Position numbers and translations under genes: made by a program. A stretch of 64,000 nucleotides of DNA from Bacteroidota bacterium (lineage in GTDB: Bacteria; Bacteroidota; Bacteroidia; Flavobacteriales; BACL11): positions 13,183-77,182 of the forward strand of contig JAOOLD010000002.1 of the NCBI GenBank assembly GCA_028408365.1, given 5' to 3'. The notes under the pieces were generated by a model. The model did no database searches. It saw only the letters and a list, made by a program, of their open reading frames with translations, and was not told the origin of the DNA. Shown here piece after piece: positions 38,378 through 49,639 of the stretch; the first letter of the stretch is position 1; every line of letters starts with the position of its first letter.

Positions 38378-39835
38378 TTATCCAACAGAGCCTTCTAGAC
38401 TTATTTCTAATAATTTCTTTGCCTCAACAGCAAATTCCATTGGTAATTTGTTTAAAACTTCTTTACAATATCCATTAACAATTAGCGCAACAGCCTCCTC
38501 AGTTCCTATACCTCTTTGGTTACAATAAAATAATTGATCCTCTCCAATCTTAGATGTTGTTGCCTCATGCTCTACTTTAGAAGATTTATTATCAACTTCG
38601 ATGTAGGGGAATGTGTGAGAGCCACATTTATCTCCCATCAACAATGAGTCACACTGTGAAAAATTTCTTGAATTTTTAGCACCTTTCGCAATTTTTACTA
38701 AACCCCGATAGCTTCCGTTACTTTTTCCTGCGCATATTCCTTTAGCAATAATTGTACTTTTAGAATTCTCACCTAAATGAACCATTTTAGTACCTGTGTC
38801 GGCTTGTTGAAAGTTATTTGTAACAGCAACTGAGAAAAATTCACCAATGGAATTTTTACCTTTTAATACACATGAGGGGTACTTCCATGTGACTGCTGAA
38901 CCTGTTTCAACTTGTGTCCAAGAAATTTTAGCATTGTCATGACAAATCCCTCTTTTAGTTACAAAATTAAATACACCACCTTTACCATTCTTATCTCCGG
39001 GGTACCAATTTTGAACTGTAGAATATTTAATCTCAGCACTATCTTGTGCAACTAACTCAACAACAGCAGCGTGCAACTGGTTTTCATCTCGCATTGGAGC
39101 AGTACACCCTTCAAGATAACTAACATAACTACCTTCTTCGGCAATAACTAATGTTCTCTCAAACTGTCCAGTGCCTGCTTCATTTATTCTGAAGTATGTA
39201 GATAATTCCATAGGGCACTCTGTTCCCTTAGGAATGTAACAAAACGAACCATCTGAAAAAACTGCAGAATTTAATGCAGAGAAAAAATTATCTCTTACAG
39301 GAATAACCGTACCAATATATTTTTTGACCAGCTCAGGGTATTTTTGAATAGCTTCTGAAATGGGGCAAAATATAATCCCAAGTTCAGCTAATTTTTCTTT
39401 AAATGATGTTGCAACTGAAACAGAATCCATAACAATATCCACAGCAACGTTAGCTAGTCTTTTTTGTTCATCAATAGAAATTCCAAGTCTATCAAATGTT
39501 CTTTTCATCTCTGGATCTAAATCGTCAAGACTATTTAATTTTTTCTTTTGTTTTGGTGCGCAGTAGTAAACTATGTCCTGATAGTCTGGCTTTGGATAAT
39601 TTATATTAGCCCAATCAGGCTCTTCCATTTCTTTCCAAACTTTAAAGGCTTCAAGCCTAAAATCAAGCATCCAATCAGGTTCATTTTTTTTCTTGGAAAT
39701 GAATTTGATCACATCCTCATTTAAACCCTTTTCAATTTTCTCAGATTCAATGTTTGTTGTAAAACCATATTTATATTCTTTACTGGTTACTTCGTCCAGT
39801 AAAATATCTTCGGATATTTTTGGTTCAATTTTCAT
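38378..39835 (-). CDS. sufB: Fe-S cluster assembly scaffold SufB
   Basis: The conserved SufB core is present ([16 protein letters not shown]). ATG 39835 is 8 nt after the sufA stop, so the track extension to 39874 is rejected. Confidence 0.95.
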   Translation of the reverse strand: MKIEPKISEDILLDEVTSKEYKYGFTTNIESEKIEKGLNEDVIKFISKKKNEPDWMLDFRLEAFKVWKEMEEPDWANINYPKPDYQDIVYYCAPKQKKKLNSLDDLDPEMKRTFDRLGISIDEQKRLANVAVDIVMDSVSVATSFKEKLAELGIIFCPISEAIQKYPELVKKYIGTVIPVRDNFFSALNSAVFSDGSFCYIPKGTECPMELSTYFRINEAGTGQFERTLVIAEEGSYVSYLEGCTAPMRDENQLHAAVVELVAQDSAEIKYSTVQNWYPGDKNGKGGVFNFVTKRGICHDNAKISWTQVETGSAVTWKYPSCVLKGKNSIGEFFSVAVTNNFQQADTGTKMVHLGENSKSTIIAKGICAGKSNGSYRGLVKIAKGAKNSRNFSQCDSLLMGDKCGSHTFPYIEVDNKSSKVEHEATTSKIGEDQLFYCNQRGIGTEEAVALIVNGYCKEVLNKLPMEFAVEAKKLLEISLEGSVG

Positions 39836-39843
39836 GCCTCTAT

Positions 39844-40167
39844 TTATAGTGAAAAACTTTCTCCACAGCCACAAGTCCTATTTGCATTAGGATTATTAAA
39901 TACAAACCCTTTACCATTTAGTCCGGATGAGTACTCTAATGTTGTACCTGCTAGAAATAAAATACTTTTTTTGTTAATAACGAGTTTGATATCGTTATGC
40001 TCAACTAATTCATCTTCATTGTTCATGCTATCATCAAAATCAAGTTTGTATACAAGACCAGAGCACCCACCGCTTTCAACACCAACTCTTACGTACTGCT
40101 TTCCGCTATTGTCTTCAACCATCAGTTGATTTAACTTATCTTTTGCATTATCGCTAACTAATATCAT
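39844..40167 (-). CDS. sufA: HesB/IscA family Fe-S carrier
   Basis: The C-terminal motif CGCGESF and an internal GGCSG are present. Confidence 0.85.
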   Translation of the reverse strand: MILVSDNAKDKLNQLMVEDNSGKQYVRVGVESGGCSGLVYKLDFDDSMNNEDELVEHNDIKLVINKKSILFLAGTTLEYSSGLNGKGFVFNNPNANRTCGCGESFSL

Positions 40168-40226
40168 TTTACAAAATTACAAAATTTCAAATCAGAAAAC
40201 ACATAATATTTATCTTTGCTGTATAA

Positions 40227-41255
40227 ATGACAAAAAACAATTCTAAATTAGGTGAATTTTCATTCATTGAAAAAATTACTGAGAATTTTGAAATAAAAAA
40301 TTCTGAAAGTTTATTGGGAATAGGTGATGACTCGGCTATGATAGAAAGTTCTAAACTAAACACACTCGTGAGTAAAGACTTATTAGTAGAGGGAATACAT
40401 TTTGATCTTTCTTACACACCTTTAATGCACCTTGGATACAAAAGTGTAATTGTTAATTTATCCGATATCTATGCTATGAATGGTATTCCCAAGCAAATAG
40501 TTGTAGGAATAGCAATTTCAAATAGATTTAAAGTCGATTCCATTCAAGAATTATATAAAGGTATAAAGCTAGCTTGTGAAAAATATATGATAGATTTAGT
40601 TGGTGGAGATACCACAACTTCACAGTCGGGGTTGACTATTTCAATCACAGTTTTGGGACAAGTAAAAAAAGAAAGAGTAGTTAAAAGAAGCGGCGCAAAA
40701 AAAAATGATTTAATTGTTGTTACCGGAGATTTAGGGGCAGCTTACCTTGGCTTACAAATCTTGAAAAGAGAAAAAGAAATTTTTCTAGACAATCCAGACG
40801 TCCAACCCAAGCTCGAAGGGTATGACTATATTTTACAAAGACAATTGAAACCAGAGGCACCAAAAAAGTATTTTGAAATATTAAACGAAATAGGAATTAT
40901 ACCAACTTCAATGATTGATATTTCAGATGGCCTTTCTTCTGAGCTTTTACACATTTCAAAATCCTCAAAAGTTTCTGTTAAAATTTATGAAGATAAAATT
41001 CCAATTGATTATAGCGTAATGAATAAGGCAACAGAATTAAACTTAAATCCAATTTTTTGTGCTCTAAATGGAGGTGAAGATTATGAACTGTTATTTACAA
41101 TTGATCAAAAAGAATACTCAAAGTTAGAGAAAGACCCTGACTTTACTATAATAGGTCATATTACTGATAAATCTGAGGGTAATTTTTTCATAACCAACGA
41201 TAACCAAGCTCATGAGCTAACGGCTCAAGGCTGGGATTCTCTTAAGAGTTCATAA
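40227..41255 (+). CDS. thiL: thiamine-monophosphate kinase
   Basis: It has an AIR-synthase-like fold with IGDDSAMI and GGDTT. Confidence 0.8.
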   Translation: MTKNNSKLGEFSFIEKITENFEIKNSESLLGIGDDSAMIESSKLNTLVSKDLLVEGIHFDLSYTPLMHLGYKSVIVNLSDIYAMNGIPKQIVVGIAISNRFKVDSIQELYKGIKLACEKYMIDLVGGDTTTSQSGLTISITVLGQVKKERVVKRSGAKKNDLIVVTGDLGAAYLGLQILKREKEIFLDNPDVQPKLEGYDYILQRQLKPEAPKKYFEILNEIGIIPTSMIDISDGLSSELLHISKSSKVSVKIYEDKIPIDYSVMNKATELNLNPIFCALNGGEDYELLFTIDQKEYSKLEKDPDFTIIGHITDKSEGNFFITNDNQAHELTAQGWDSLKSS

Positions 41256-42525
41256 TCTCTTCAATATGATTAGCCTCTATAGGGATGTCCCCCATCAGGT
41301 CAACAGGTTCACTTTCAGAAACGAGAATATCATTCTCTATTCTTATCCCCAAGCTTTCCTCACGAATATAAATTCCAGGTTCACATGTAAAAACCATTCC
41401 ATTTTCTATTGGAAGTTTTACATTACCAACATCGTGTACGTCAAGACCAAGAAAATGAGATGTTCCATGCATAAAATACTTTTTATAAATTGGATTTTTT
41501 GCATCTTGCTTTTTCACATCATGACTATCTATAAGCTTAAGCTTTATCAATTCATTCTGCATGATTTTTCCAACCTCTTTATGATAGTCTTCAATCAATG
41601 TACCTGCAACAAGCATACTTTTTGCGTAATTGAACACATGTAAAACAGAATTATATACATCTTTTTGTCTTTTTGTGTATTTTCCATTTACTGGTATAGT
41701 TCGGCTAAGATCAGCACAATAGTTCGCATACTCAGCTCCAAAATCCATTAGTAAGATATCACCATCACTACAAATTTTATTATTTTCTATATAATGTAAA
41801 ATACAAGAGCTAAAGCCAGATCCAATTATTGGCTCATATGCGAACCCTTTTGAACAATTAGAAATAAATGTATGAGCTATTTCAGCTTCAATTTCATATT
41901 CCATGACGCCTGGTTTTACAAATTTTAAAACTCTTCTAAAAGCTTTTTCAGTGATGTCGCAAGCTATTTTCAATAATTTAATTTCTTCATTTGATTTGAT
42001 TCTTCTTAAATCATTGACTATTGGGGCGGCTTCTAAAATTTCTTTATTTGAGAACTCTGATTTTATTTTCTTTCTAAATCTATCATCGCGAGTTTCAACG
42101 TTATTTTTTGATCTTGTATGTATGTTTTTATTTAGATATATTGAATTGATCTGATTATATAAATTTTTAAAATCTTCTAAAAAACATTCATTCCAATAAA
42201 TTGATTCAATACCAGAAATTTTTTTTGCATGTTTTTTTGTTAACTTTTTACCTTCCCAAATGGATATATGCTCATTTGTTTCTTTTATATAAAGTTTTTC
42301 GAAAATTTTACCATTAATTTTTGCAATTATCAGAGTAGTATCCTCCTGATTTATTCCTGTCATCCAAAATAGATCGCTATTTTGCTTGAAGGGCATCGTT
42401 CCATCAGCATTGGTTGGCATTTGATCATTCGAATTAAAGACAGTTAAACTATTATCAGAAGTTTTTTGATTAAATTTAAACCTGTTATTGATGAATAATT
42501 CTCTGTTAATTTTTTGATATCTCAT
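41242..42525 (-). CDS. pepP: Xaa-Pro aminopeptidase (M24B)
   Basis: Motifs HGTSHFLGLDVHD, EPGIY and IENDI are present, with an N-terminal AMP_N-like domain. Confidence 0.8.
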   Translation of the reverse strand: MRYQKINRELFINNRFKFNQKTSDNSLTVFNSNDQMPTNADGTMPFKQNSDLFWMTGINQEDTTLIIAKINGKIFEKLYIKETNEHISIWEGKKLTKKHAKKISGIESIYWNECFLEDFKNLYNQINSIYLNKNIHTRSKNNVETRDDRFRKKIKSEFSNKEILEAAPIVNDLRRIKSNEEIKLLKIACDITEKAFRRVLKFVKPGVMEYEIEAEIAHTFISNCSKGFAYEPIIGSGFSSCILHYIENNKICSDGDILLMDFGAEYANYCADLSRTIPVNGKYTKRQKDVYNSVLHVFNYAKSMLVAGTLIEDYHKEVGKIMQNELIKLKLIDSHDVKKQDAKNPIYKKYFMHGTSHFLGLDVHDVGNVKLPIENGMVFTCEPGIYIREESLGIRIENDILVSESEPVDLMGDIPIEANHIEEIMNS

Positions 42526-42600
42526 AACATTTATTTTGTTACAAATATAGTTTACTTAATTTTTTTTTCTTCTTTATTAACTGAATTCATATAATTATTG

Positions 42601-42631
42601 TTGCTAATTTAAGTTCTGTGGTTTAAATTTG
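42601..42631 (+). promoter_or_regulatory. Bacteroidota sigma-A type promoter for sdhCAB (TTG-N20-TAAATTTG)
   Basis: TTG lies at 42601-42603 and TAAATTTG at 42624-42631. Only 4 nt separate the box from the sdhC ATG at 42636. Confidence 0.45.
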
Positions 42632-42635
42632 CATA

Positions 42636-43292
42636 ATGGTAAGTACCAACTCTTCGATTATTAAAAAAATTCTTATGGCAGTTTCTGGTATGTTTTTAAT
42701 GATTTTTTTACTTCAACATTTTACAATAAATATAACTTCTGTTTTTAGTGAAAATATCTTTAATACATTCTCACATTTCATGGGAACAAATTTTTTAGTG
42801 CAGTTTATATTACAACCAATTTTAATTTTTGGTGTAGTTTTTCACTTTGTGATGGGTTTTTTGTTAGAGATACAGAACAGATCATCAAGAAAAAGTAGAT
42901 ACCAGTACTTCAAGGGCTCAGAAAACTCATCATGGGTTTCTAGAAATATGATTATTTCAGGATTAGTAGTCCTTTCTTTTTTGTTTTTACATTTTTATGA
43001 TTTTTGGGTGCCAGAAATGCAATACAAGTACATAAATTTCTTGCCCGAAGACCCTAACAGATATTATGAAGAATTGGTACATAAGTTTCACAATCCAGTA
43101 CGTGTAGGTCTTTACGTTATATCATTTATTTTCTTATCACTACATCTGCTTCATGGCTTTAGCTCTTCTTTTCAAAGTGTTGGAACTGATAGAAAATATG
43201 CAAATCAAATAAATATACTTGGAAAAATATTTGCAATAGTAGTGCCATTTGGCTTTGCATTTATTGCTATATATCATCATTTAATGCATTAA
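42636..43292 (+). CDS. sdhC: succinate dehydrogenase/fumarate reductase cytochrome b subunit (b558 type)
   Basis: It is a five-TM protein with conserved His residues (LQHF, FHFV, LHLLHG), located directly upstream of sdhA. Confidence 0.75.
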   Translation: MVSTNSSIIKKILMAVSGMFLMIFLLQHFTINITSVFSENIFNTFSHFMGTNFLVQFILQPILIFGVVFHFVMGFLLEIQNRSSRKSRYQYFKGSENSSWVSRNMIISGLVVLSFLFLHFYDFWVPEMQYKYINFLPEDPNRYYEELVHKFHNPVRVGLYVISFIFLSLHLLHGFSSSFQSVGTDRKYANQINILGKIFAIVVPFGFAFIAIYHHLMH

Positions 43293-43296
43293 AAAA

Positions 43297-45309
43297 ATGG
43301 CAGATAAAAAGTTTTTACATTCAAAAGAACCCACTGGAGATTTAGCAGGAAAATGGGAAAGACACAAAAATGAAATTAATCTGGTCAGTCCTGCAAACAA
43401 AAGGTTAATAGATGTTATTGTTGTTGGTACTGGACTAGCTGGAGGTTCTGCATCTGCAACTCTAGCTGAGCTTGGATATAATGTGAAATCTTTTTGTTTT
43501 CAAGACTCTCCAAGAAGAGCACACTCTATAGCAGCTCAAGGTGGTATAAATGCAGCAAAAAACTACCAAGGAGATGGAGACTCTACATACCGATTATTCT
43601 ATGATACAATTAAAGGAGGAGATTATAGATCCAGAGAATCAAATGTGTATAGACTTGCCGAAGTATCTGCTAATATTATTGATCAATGTGTTGCTCAAGG
43701 AGTACCATTTGCCAGAGATTACGGAGGACTATTAGATAATAGATCATTTGGTGGAGTTCTGGTTTCTAGAACATTTTATGCAAAAGGTCAAACAGGCCAG
43801 CAATTACTACTTGGAGCATATTCAGCGATGAACAGACAAATTTCGAGAGGAAAGATAAAAATGTATAGCAGACATGAAATGTTAGAACTTGTAATTGTTG
43901 ATGGAAAGGCAAGAGGAATTATTACCAGAAACTTGGTTACTGGTAAAATAGAAAGACATTCAGCTCATGCTGTTGTAATAGCTTCTGGAGGATATGGAAA
44001 TCTTTTTTACCTGTCAACTAATGCTATGGGAAGTAATGTAACAGCTTCATGGAAGATACATAAAAAAGGAGCTTTTTTTGCTAATCCCTGTTTCACCCAA
44101 ATTCACCCAACATGCATTCCAGTTTCGGGAGATTATCAATCAAAGCTTACTTTAATGTCAGAGTCTTTGAGAAATGACGGAAGAATATGGGTCCCAAAAT
44201 CAAAAGAGGATGCCAGGAAAATTAGAGAAGGAAGCCTAAAACCTACTGATCTAAAAGAAGAAGATAGAGATTACTATTTGGAAAGAAGATATCCTGCATT
44301 TGGCAATCTTGTCCCAAGAGATGTTGCTTCAAGAGCAGCAAAAGAAAGGTGCGATGCTGGATATGGGGTAAACAAAACAGGAGAGGCAGTCTATCTTGAC
44401 TTTTATGATGCCATAATAAGGTATGGAGAAGAGCAAGCTCAAATAAAAAATTTAGATACTGAAGATAAAGATCTTATTGAAAGATTTGGAAAGGAAATTG
44501 TCAAATCAAAATATGGAAATCTATTTCAGATGTATGAAAAAATTGTAGATCAAAATCCATATGAGACACCAATGATGATATATCCAGCTGTACATTATAC
44601 AATGGGAGGAGTTTGGGTTGATTATAATTTGATGACAACTGTTCCTGGATGCTTCGCAATTGGTGAAGCAAATTTTTCTGATCATGGAGCAAATAGGCTC
44701 GGAGCATCAGCACTTATGCAAGGTTTAGCTGACGGTTATTTCGTGCTTCCATACACAATAGGTGACTACTTATCTGCTGACATTAGAACAGGTCCAATTT
44801 CCACTGACACTAAGGAATTTGAAGAGGCTCAAAAATCTGTGGAAGAAAAAATAGAAAAATTATTATCTACTAAAGGTAGTAAATCAGTAGATTATTTTCA
44901 TAAAAAGTTAGGAAAGATAATATGGAACAAATGTGGTATGGCAAGAAATAAAAAAGAGTTAGAGGAAGCTATTCAAGAAGTAAAAGAGTTAAGAAAAGAG
45001 TTTTATAAAAGTGTAAATGTTACAGGAAAAAATAAAGGATTTAATGAAACACTCTCAAAAGCTTTAAGAGTTGCAGACTTTTTGGAGCTTGGAGAATTGT
45101 TTGCAAAAGATGCTCTTGATAGAGAGGAGTCTTGTGGTGGTCATTTTAGAGAAGAACATCAAACAAAAGAAGGTGAGGCTTTGAGAAATGACGAAAAATA
45201 CAACTTTGTTTCAGCTTGGGAATACAATGGTGAGCCATCAGAAGCAATTTTACATAAAGAAGAATTAATATTTAAAAATGTAGAACTTAAAACAAGATCA
45301 TATAGATAA
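43297..45309 (+). CDS. sdhA: succinate dehydrogenase/fumarate reductase flavoprotein subunit
   Basis: The FAD motif [12 protein letters not shown] is present, along with HSIAAQGG and HYTMGG. Confidence 0.95.
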   Translation: MADKKFLHSKEPTGDLAGKWERHKNEINLVSPANKRLIDVIVVGTGLAGGSASATLAELGYNVKSFCFQDSPRRAHSIAAQGGINAAKNYQGDGDSTYRLFYDTIKGGDYRSRESNVYRLAEVSANIIDQCVAQGVPFARDYGGLLDNRSFGGVLVSRTFYAKGQTGQQLLLGAYSAMNRQISRGKIKMYSRHEMLELVIVDGKARGIITRNLVTGKIERHSAHAVVIASGGYGNLFYLSTNAMGSNVTASWKIHKKGAFFANPCFTQIHPTCIPVSGDYQSKLTLMSESLRNDGRIWVPKSKEDARKIREGSLKPTDLKEEDRDYYLERRYPAFGNLVPRDVASRAAKERCDAGYGVNKTGEAVYLDFYDAIIRYGEEQAQIKNLDTEDKDLIERFGKEIVKSKYGNLFQMYEKIVDQNPYETPMMIYPAVHYTMGGVWVDYNLMTTVPGCFAIGEANFSDHGANRLGASALMQGLADGYFVLPYTIGDYLSADIRTGPISTDTKEFEEAQKSVEEKIEKLLSTKGSKSVDYFHKKLGKIIWNKCGMARNKKELEEAIQEVKELRKEFYKSVNVTGKNKGFNETLSKALRVADFLELGELFAKDALDREESCGGHFREEHQTKEGEALRNDEKYNFVSAWEYNGEPSEAILHKEELIFKNVELKTRSYR

Positions 45310-45310
45310 G

Positions 45311-46060
45311 ATGAAACTAAATTTAAAAATCTGGAGACAAGAAAACAATAAATCCAAAGGTGAATTAAGAGACTATGAAATTTCTAATATTACACCAGAT
45401 ATGTCTTTTTTGGAGATGATGGATGTTCTAAATGAGGAGCTGATTAACAGAAATGAAGATCCAGTAGCTTTTGATCATGATTGTAGAGAAGGTATATGTG
45501 GTTCATGCTCTATGTTTATAAATGGACAAGCTCATGGTCCTGATAGATTAGTTACAACTTGTCAGTTACACATGAGAAAGTTCAAAGATGGTGATACCAT
45601 TTTTATTGAACCATTTAGGGCAAAACCATTTCCTGTTATCAAGGATTTGGTTGTTGACAGGTCAGCCTTCGACAGAATTCAACATGCTGGAGGCTATATA
45701 TCAGTAAATACATCAGGAAACACTCAAGATGCCAATGCAATACCTATAGAAAAAAGAGATGCTGACAAAGCATTTGATGCTGCAACATGTATTGGATGTG
45801 CTGCATGCGTTGCTACTTGTAAAAATGCCTCGGCAATGCTGTTTGTATCTGCTAAAGTATCACAGTACTCATTACTACCACAAGGTAAAGTTGAAGCTAC
45901 AGATAGGGTATTAAATATGGTAAAACAAATGGATGAGGAAGGCTTCGGTAATTGCACGAACACTGGCGCTTGTGAAGTAGAGTGCCCAAAAGGAATATCA
46001 TTAGAAAACATTGCTAGATTAAACAGAGAATTTTTAAAAGCAAAATATAAATCTCAGTAA
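45311..46060 (+). CDS. sdhB: succinate dehydrogenase/fumarate reductase iron-sulfur subunit
   Basis: Three Cys clusters are present: [20 protein letters not shown] and [12 protein letters not shown]. Confidence 0.95.
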   Translation: MKLNLKIWRQENNKSKGELRDYEISNITPDMSFLEMMDVLNEELINRNEDPVAFDHDCREGICGSCSMFINGQAHGPDRLVTTCQLHMRKFKDGDTIFIEPFRAKPFPVIKDLVVDRSAFDRIQHAGGYISVNTSGNTQDANAIPIEKRDADKAFDAATCIGCAACVATCKNASAMLFVSAKVSQYSLLPQGKVEATDRVLNMVKQMDEEGFGNCTNTGACEVECPKGISLENIARLNREFLKAKYKSQ

Positions 46061-46822
46061 ATGAGTTCAAAGCTGGATGTTTGTCTAGTGGAATCAGGAA
46101 TCATAGGCTCTGACATTAACCAAAACCTTGAGAACATTTACAATAAATTAAAAAATTTATTAAATATTGATTTAATAGTTCTTCCTGAAACCTTTGACAC
46201 AGGATTTAATTTTCCTCCTAAAAATATTTATGATTTTAAAAATAATCCTTCAATTTTATGGATGAAGACATTAGCAAGAGAAAAACAGTGTGCAATTTGT
46301 GGCAGTTTAATGGTTAAAGAAAATGATAATATTTTCAATAGGTTTATTTTTTACGATAATGTTAAAGATATCATATATACCTATGATAAACTTCATTTAT
46401 TTTCTATTGTAAATGAAGATAAACACATTACCTCAGGTACTGAAATAAAATCATTTAAGTATAAAGATTGGAACATTTGTCCACAAATTTGTTACGACTT
46501 AAGATTTCCAGTAATAGCAAAAGAGGATGTATTTGACATAATAGTATATGTTGCAAATTGGCCGATTCAAAGAATTAATGCCTGGGACTTATTATTACCT
46601 GCAAGAGCTATTGAAAACCAATCATTTGTTATCGGAGTTAATAGAAATGGATATGATGATGAAAATAATATTAATTACCCAGGGCACTCAAGGTTGATAA
46701 GCTTTACAGGCGATGATTTACATAACCAAAGTAATGAAAACGATTATTTAGTTTTTCAAATTGATTTAAATAACTTAAAAAAATATAGGTTAAAGTATCC
46801 TTTTCTTAAAGATAGGCGTTAG
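46061..46822 (+). CDS. carbon-nitrogen hydrolase family amidohydrolase (YafV-like omega-amidase)
   Basis: The nitrilase-superfamily triad context is present: LPET, a Lys region, and the Cys motif ICYDLRFP. Confidence 0.75.
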   Translation: MSSKLDVCLVESGIIGSDINQNLENIYNKLKNLLNIDLIVLPETFDTGFNFPPKNIYDFKNNPSILWMKTLAREKQCAICGSLMVKENDNIFNRFIFYDNVKDIIYTYDKLHLFSIVNEDKHITSGTEIKSFKYKDWNICPQICYDLRFPVIAKEDVFDIIVYVANWPIQRINAWDLLLPARAIENQSFVIGVNRNGYDDENNINYPGHSRLISFTGDDLHNQSNENDYLVFQIDLNNLKKYRLKYPFLKDRR

Positions 46823-47841
46823 TCAATAATCAAGTCAACTTCTGTAGACCAATTTTCTAGTACGTTTATGCTTTTGTTATAACTTAATTTTATTTCAGAT
46901 TGCTTTTTTAAAAAACTACCATTGCTGAAAATTTCATTCGAATCTAAATCGATAAAATATTTTAAACTGTATTCTCCCTTTTTAAGATTACTAAGTGTAC
47001 AAGATTTATTAATTACCTGCTCGCGTTTGATCAATTTTTGGTTATTGTAAAGTTCTACGATTAAATTTTTGTCTTTGTTAAGATTAACAATAATTTGATT
47101 ATTTGTTTTAAGAGTGTCATTAATTACTGAATCACTTTTGAAAGAAAGTTCAGAATTATATGCATTCAGATAAGTGTTGATAAAAGAGGAGTCATGAACT
47201 AGATAATAGTTATCACTAAAAGATACATACTCTTTATAATCATAAAACTTATAGTTATTTTCTTTTGAAAGAAGCTTGTAATTGCCAGGTTTTACGTCCT
47301 CAAATTTAAACTCTCCATTTTCATCAGATTTTGTGATATATGATGGTAATTCTTTAAAAATTAAAGAGTCAGAAATACTTTTACGATAAAGAGTCACCCA
47401 ATGATTTTGAAGAGGTATATCATCGTAGACACATTTTAGGCTTCCTTTAAAAGTATTATTGTAAACAGTTTTGGACTTAATCTCAAGTGAGTCTAAAATA
47501 TTACCTTCGTTATAGTCTTTTACAACATTTGATAAGCTTAATTTGTAGCTATGTTCAATTAAAAAATATGGCTCAAAGTATATACTAAGCTTTCTTTTAT
47601 TAACATTTTTTTTAATTGTACATTCACTAGGTGGAGATATATAAAAGTTTTTGTTCCAGTTATTCAATGATATATTCTCATCAAATAGTAAGTCTACTTT
47701 TTTTAGTTTATTATCATCTACTAATATTTCATTAGAAACTAAACGTGGAGGCTCTTTGTCCAGCGGTCCTCCGCTAGGCGGCATTACATTAGCGCAAGCT
47801 GATAGATAAACAACAGCTATCGAAAATATTTGTTTTTTCAA
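46819..47841 (-). CDS. lipoprotein with Ig-like/beta-sandwich domains, function unknown
   Basis: The TTG at 47841 lies 2 nt after the nrdA stop and gives MKKQIFSIAVVYLSAC with lipobox LSAC. The alternative ATG at 47895 would overlap nrdA by 53 nt. Confidence 0.5.
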   Translation of the reverse strand: MKKQIFSIAVVYLSACANVMPPSGGPLDKEPPRLVSNEILVDDNKLKKVDLLFDENISLNNWNKNFYISPPSECTIKKNVNKRKLSIYFEPYFLIEHSYKLSLSNVVKDYNEGNILDSLEIKSKTVYNNTFKGSLKCVYDDIPLQNHWVTLYRKSISDSLIFKELPSYITKSDENGEFKFEDVKPGNYKLLSKENNYKFYDYKEYVSFSDNYYLVHDSSFINTYLNAYNSELSFKSDSVINDTLKTNNQIIVNLNKDKNLIVELYNNQKLIKREQVINKSCTLSNLKKGEYSLKYFIDLDSNEIFSNGSFLKKQSEIKLSYNKSINVLENWSTEVDLIID

Positions 47842-47842
47842 G

Positions 47843-49636
47843 TTAGGCTTCGCAGGAAGCACATTCTTTTTTTTGTTTAAATTGTTGTGCTGCATTCATA
47901 CTATGTTGATAGTATAAAGATTTTAAACCAAGTTTCCATGCTGTTATATATAATTTATTTATGTCTTTTGTAGGCATGCTTGGGTGGACCATAAGATTCA
48001 CTGACTGTCCTTGGTCAATGTGGTTCTGTCTATTGGCAGCTTGATAAATTATATCCATTTGATCTATTTCAGCATAGGTTTTAAACACATCTTTTTCATG
48101 ATCAGATAAAAAATCTAAATGCTGAACCGAGCCGTCTTTATCTCTAATATTTCGCCATACATCTTGTATGTTTTTCCCTTTTTCTTCAAGCAATTTAACC
48201 AAAAAAGGATTTTTAATTGTTGATTTGGTTTTTGCGATATCTTTAACATAAATATTTGACCAAATAGGCTCAATCCCTTGAGAAACTTGTCCAAGAATGA
48301 AAGCAGATGATGTTGTTGGAGCAATAGCATTTAATGTTGTGTTTCTTCTTCCAAAGCCTTTTAACACTTTGGGCTCTCCGTATATTTCTGCTAATTTTGC
48401 AGATGCTTCATAGGATTTGATTTTTATAAATTTAAATATTTCTGAATTTAAGTTATAAGCATCTTGACTGTTAAATGACAACATCTTAGATTGTAATAAT
48501 GAGTGCCAACCTAATACCCCTAGGCCTAAGGCTCTATGATCTTTTGCAAAATTGTATGCTCTTTTCATGAACAAAAAGGTTTGTTGATCGTCTAAGTCGG
48601 AAGAATCTTTATAAACATCTAGCTTTTCAACAAATTCACTTATTACTGCGTCTAAAAAATAGATCATTGTTTCAACGGCGTCAGTATTTTTCCAGTCGTC
48701 ATAATGTAAAGCATTGAGAGATGAAAGGCAACAAACAAAAGACCACTCATCATTTGACGGCAACATTATCTCAGTGCATAAATTACTTGCATTTACTGTG
48801 TAGTTGTTCTTCTTATAAACTTCTGGAGCCCCATTGTTAGCATTGTCTTTAAAGAAAATGTAAGGGTAGCCAATTTCCCCTCTCCTTTGAAGTACTTTCG
48901 CCCAAACAGTACGCTTTTCCACATCACCATCAATCATTTCTTGAAGCCATTTGTTAGTAACAGAAACACCATGAGTAAGTTCTTGTATTGGATTTCCTTC
49001 AGTTCCAATATCAAGGAATTCTAAAATGTCTGGGTGTTCAACAGGCAAATAGGGAGAAAAACGACCCCGACGAACAGACCCCTGACTAACCACATCAACC
49101 ATAGTTTCAAACAATTGCATGATGTGTACCGAACCGGACGCTTCGCCATTGTTTTTAACACTTGCCCCTCGATGTCTTATATTACCAAAGTATCCAGATG
49201 TTCCTCCACCAAGTTTTGACATCATACCTACTTCTGATTGGGTATATAAAATATTGCCCATGTCGTCGGCAATATTCGACCCAAAACAGCTGATAGGGAG
49301 GCCTCTCTTTTTTCCAAAATTTGACCACACAGGTGACGAAAGGGAATAATAGCCCTTTTCCATATAGTTGAAAAATTTATCACTAAATCCAGGTAACTTT
49401 AATATTTCTTCGGCTCTGTTGGCAATCTCTCTAATTCTTTCTTCTGCTTTAACACCTTCTGCAACATAGCCTGCTGCTAAAAAACTTCTACTATGTTCAG
49501 TTAACCAGCCAAAGCCCTCATTTTCTTTTTTTGCGTTTACTGATTTTGATCTCGCGTCAAGTAGGTACCCATAATCTGAGTTTTTTTTGTTTTCCAAAGA
49601 TTGGGTTTTTGCTAAATCTGTTTTAGTGTTTGGCAT
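47843..49636 (-). CDS. nrdA: ribonucleoside-diphosphate reductase alpha subunit, short form without ATP-cone
   Basis: The active-site motif NLCTEI and the C-terminal redox pair CASCEA are present. It is 597 aa, and no ATP-cone is recognisable at the N-terminus. Confidence 0.9.
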   Translation of the reverse strand: MPNTKTDLAKTQSLENKKNSDYGYLLDARSKSVNAKKENEGFGWLTEHSRSFLAAGYVAEGVKAEERIREIANRAEEILKLPGFSDKFFNYMEKGYYSLSSPVWSNFGKKRGLPISCFGSNIADDMGNILYTQSEVGMMSKLGGGTSGYFGNIRHRGASVKNNGEASGSVHIMQLFETMVDVVSQGSVRRGRFSPYLPVEHPDILEFLDIGTEGNPIQELTHGVSVTNKWLQEMIDGDVEKRTVWAKVLQRRGEIGYPYIFFKDNANNGAPEVYKKNNYTVNASNLCTEIMLPSNDEWSFVCCLSSLNALHYDDWKNTDAVETMIYFLDAVISEFVEKLDVYKDSSDLDDQQTFLFMKRAYNFAKDHRALGLGVLGWHSLLQSKMLSFNSQDAYNLNSEIFKFIKIKSYEASAKLAEIYGEPKVLKGFGRRNTTLNAIAPTTSSAFILGQVSQGIEPIWSNIYVKDIAKTKSTIKNPFLVKLLEEKGKNIQDVWRNIRDKDGSVQHLDFLSDHEKDVFKTYAEIDQMDIIYQAANRQNHIDQGQSVNLMVHPSMPTKDINKLYITAWKLGLKSLYYQHSMNAAQQFKQKKECASCEA

Positions 49637-49639
49637 ATC

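Noticed and set aside
39836-39874. N-terminal extension of sufB ([13 protein letters not shown]) overlapping sufA
   Set aside because: ATG 39835 lies 8 nt after the sufA stop and gives a normal SufB N-terminus. The extension overlaps the sufA C-terminal CGCGESF coding region.
41266-41643. A 125-aa plus-strand ORF (and an 83-aa ORF at 41903-42154) inside pepP
   Set aside because: They lie antisense to a clearly intact M24B peptidase gene. The translated sequences are rich in F/I/N/C with no domain-like pattern. They are shadow ORFs.
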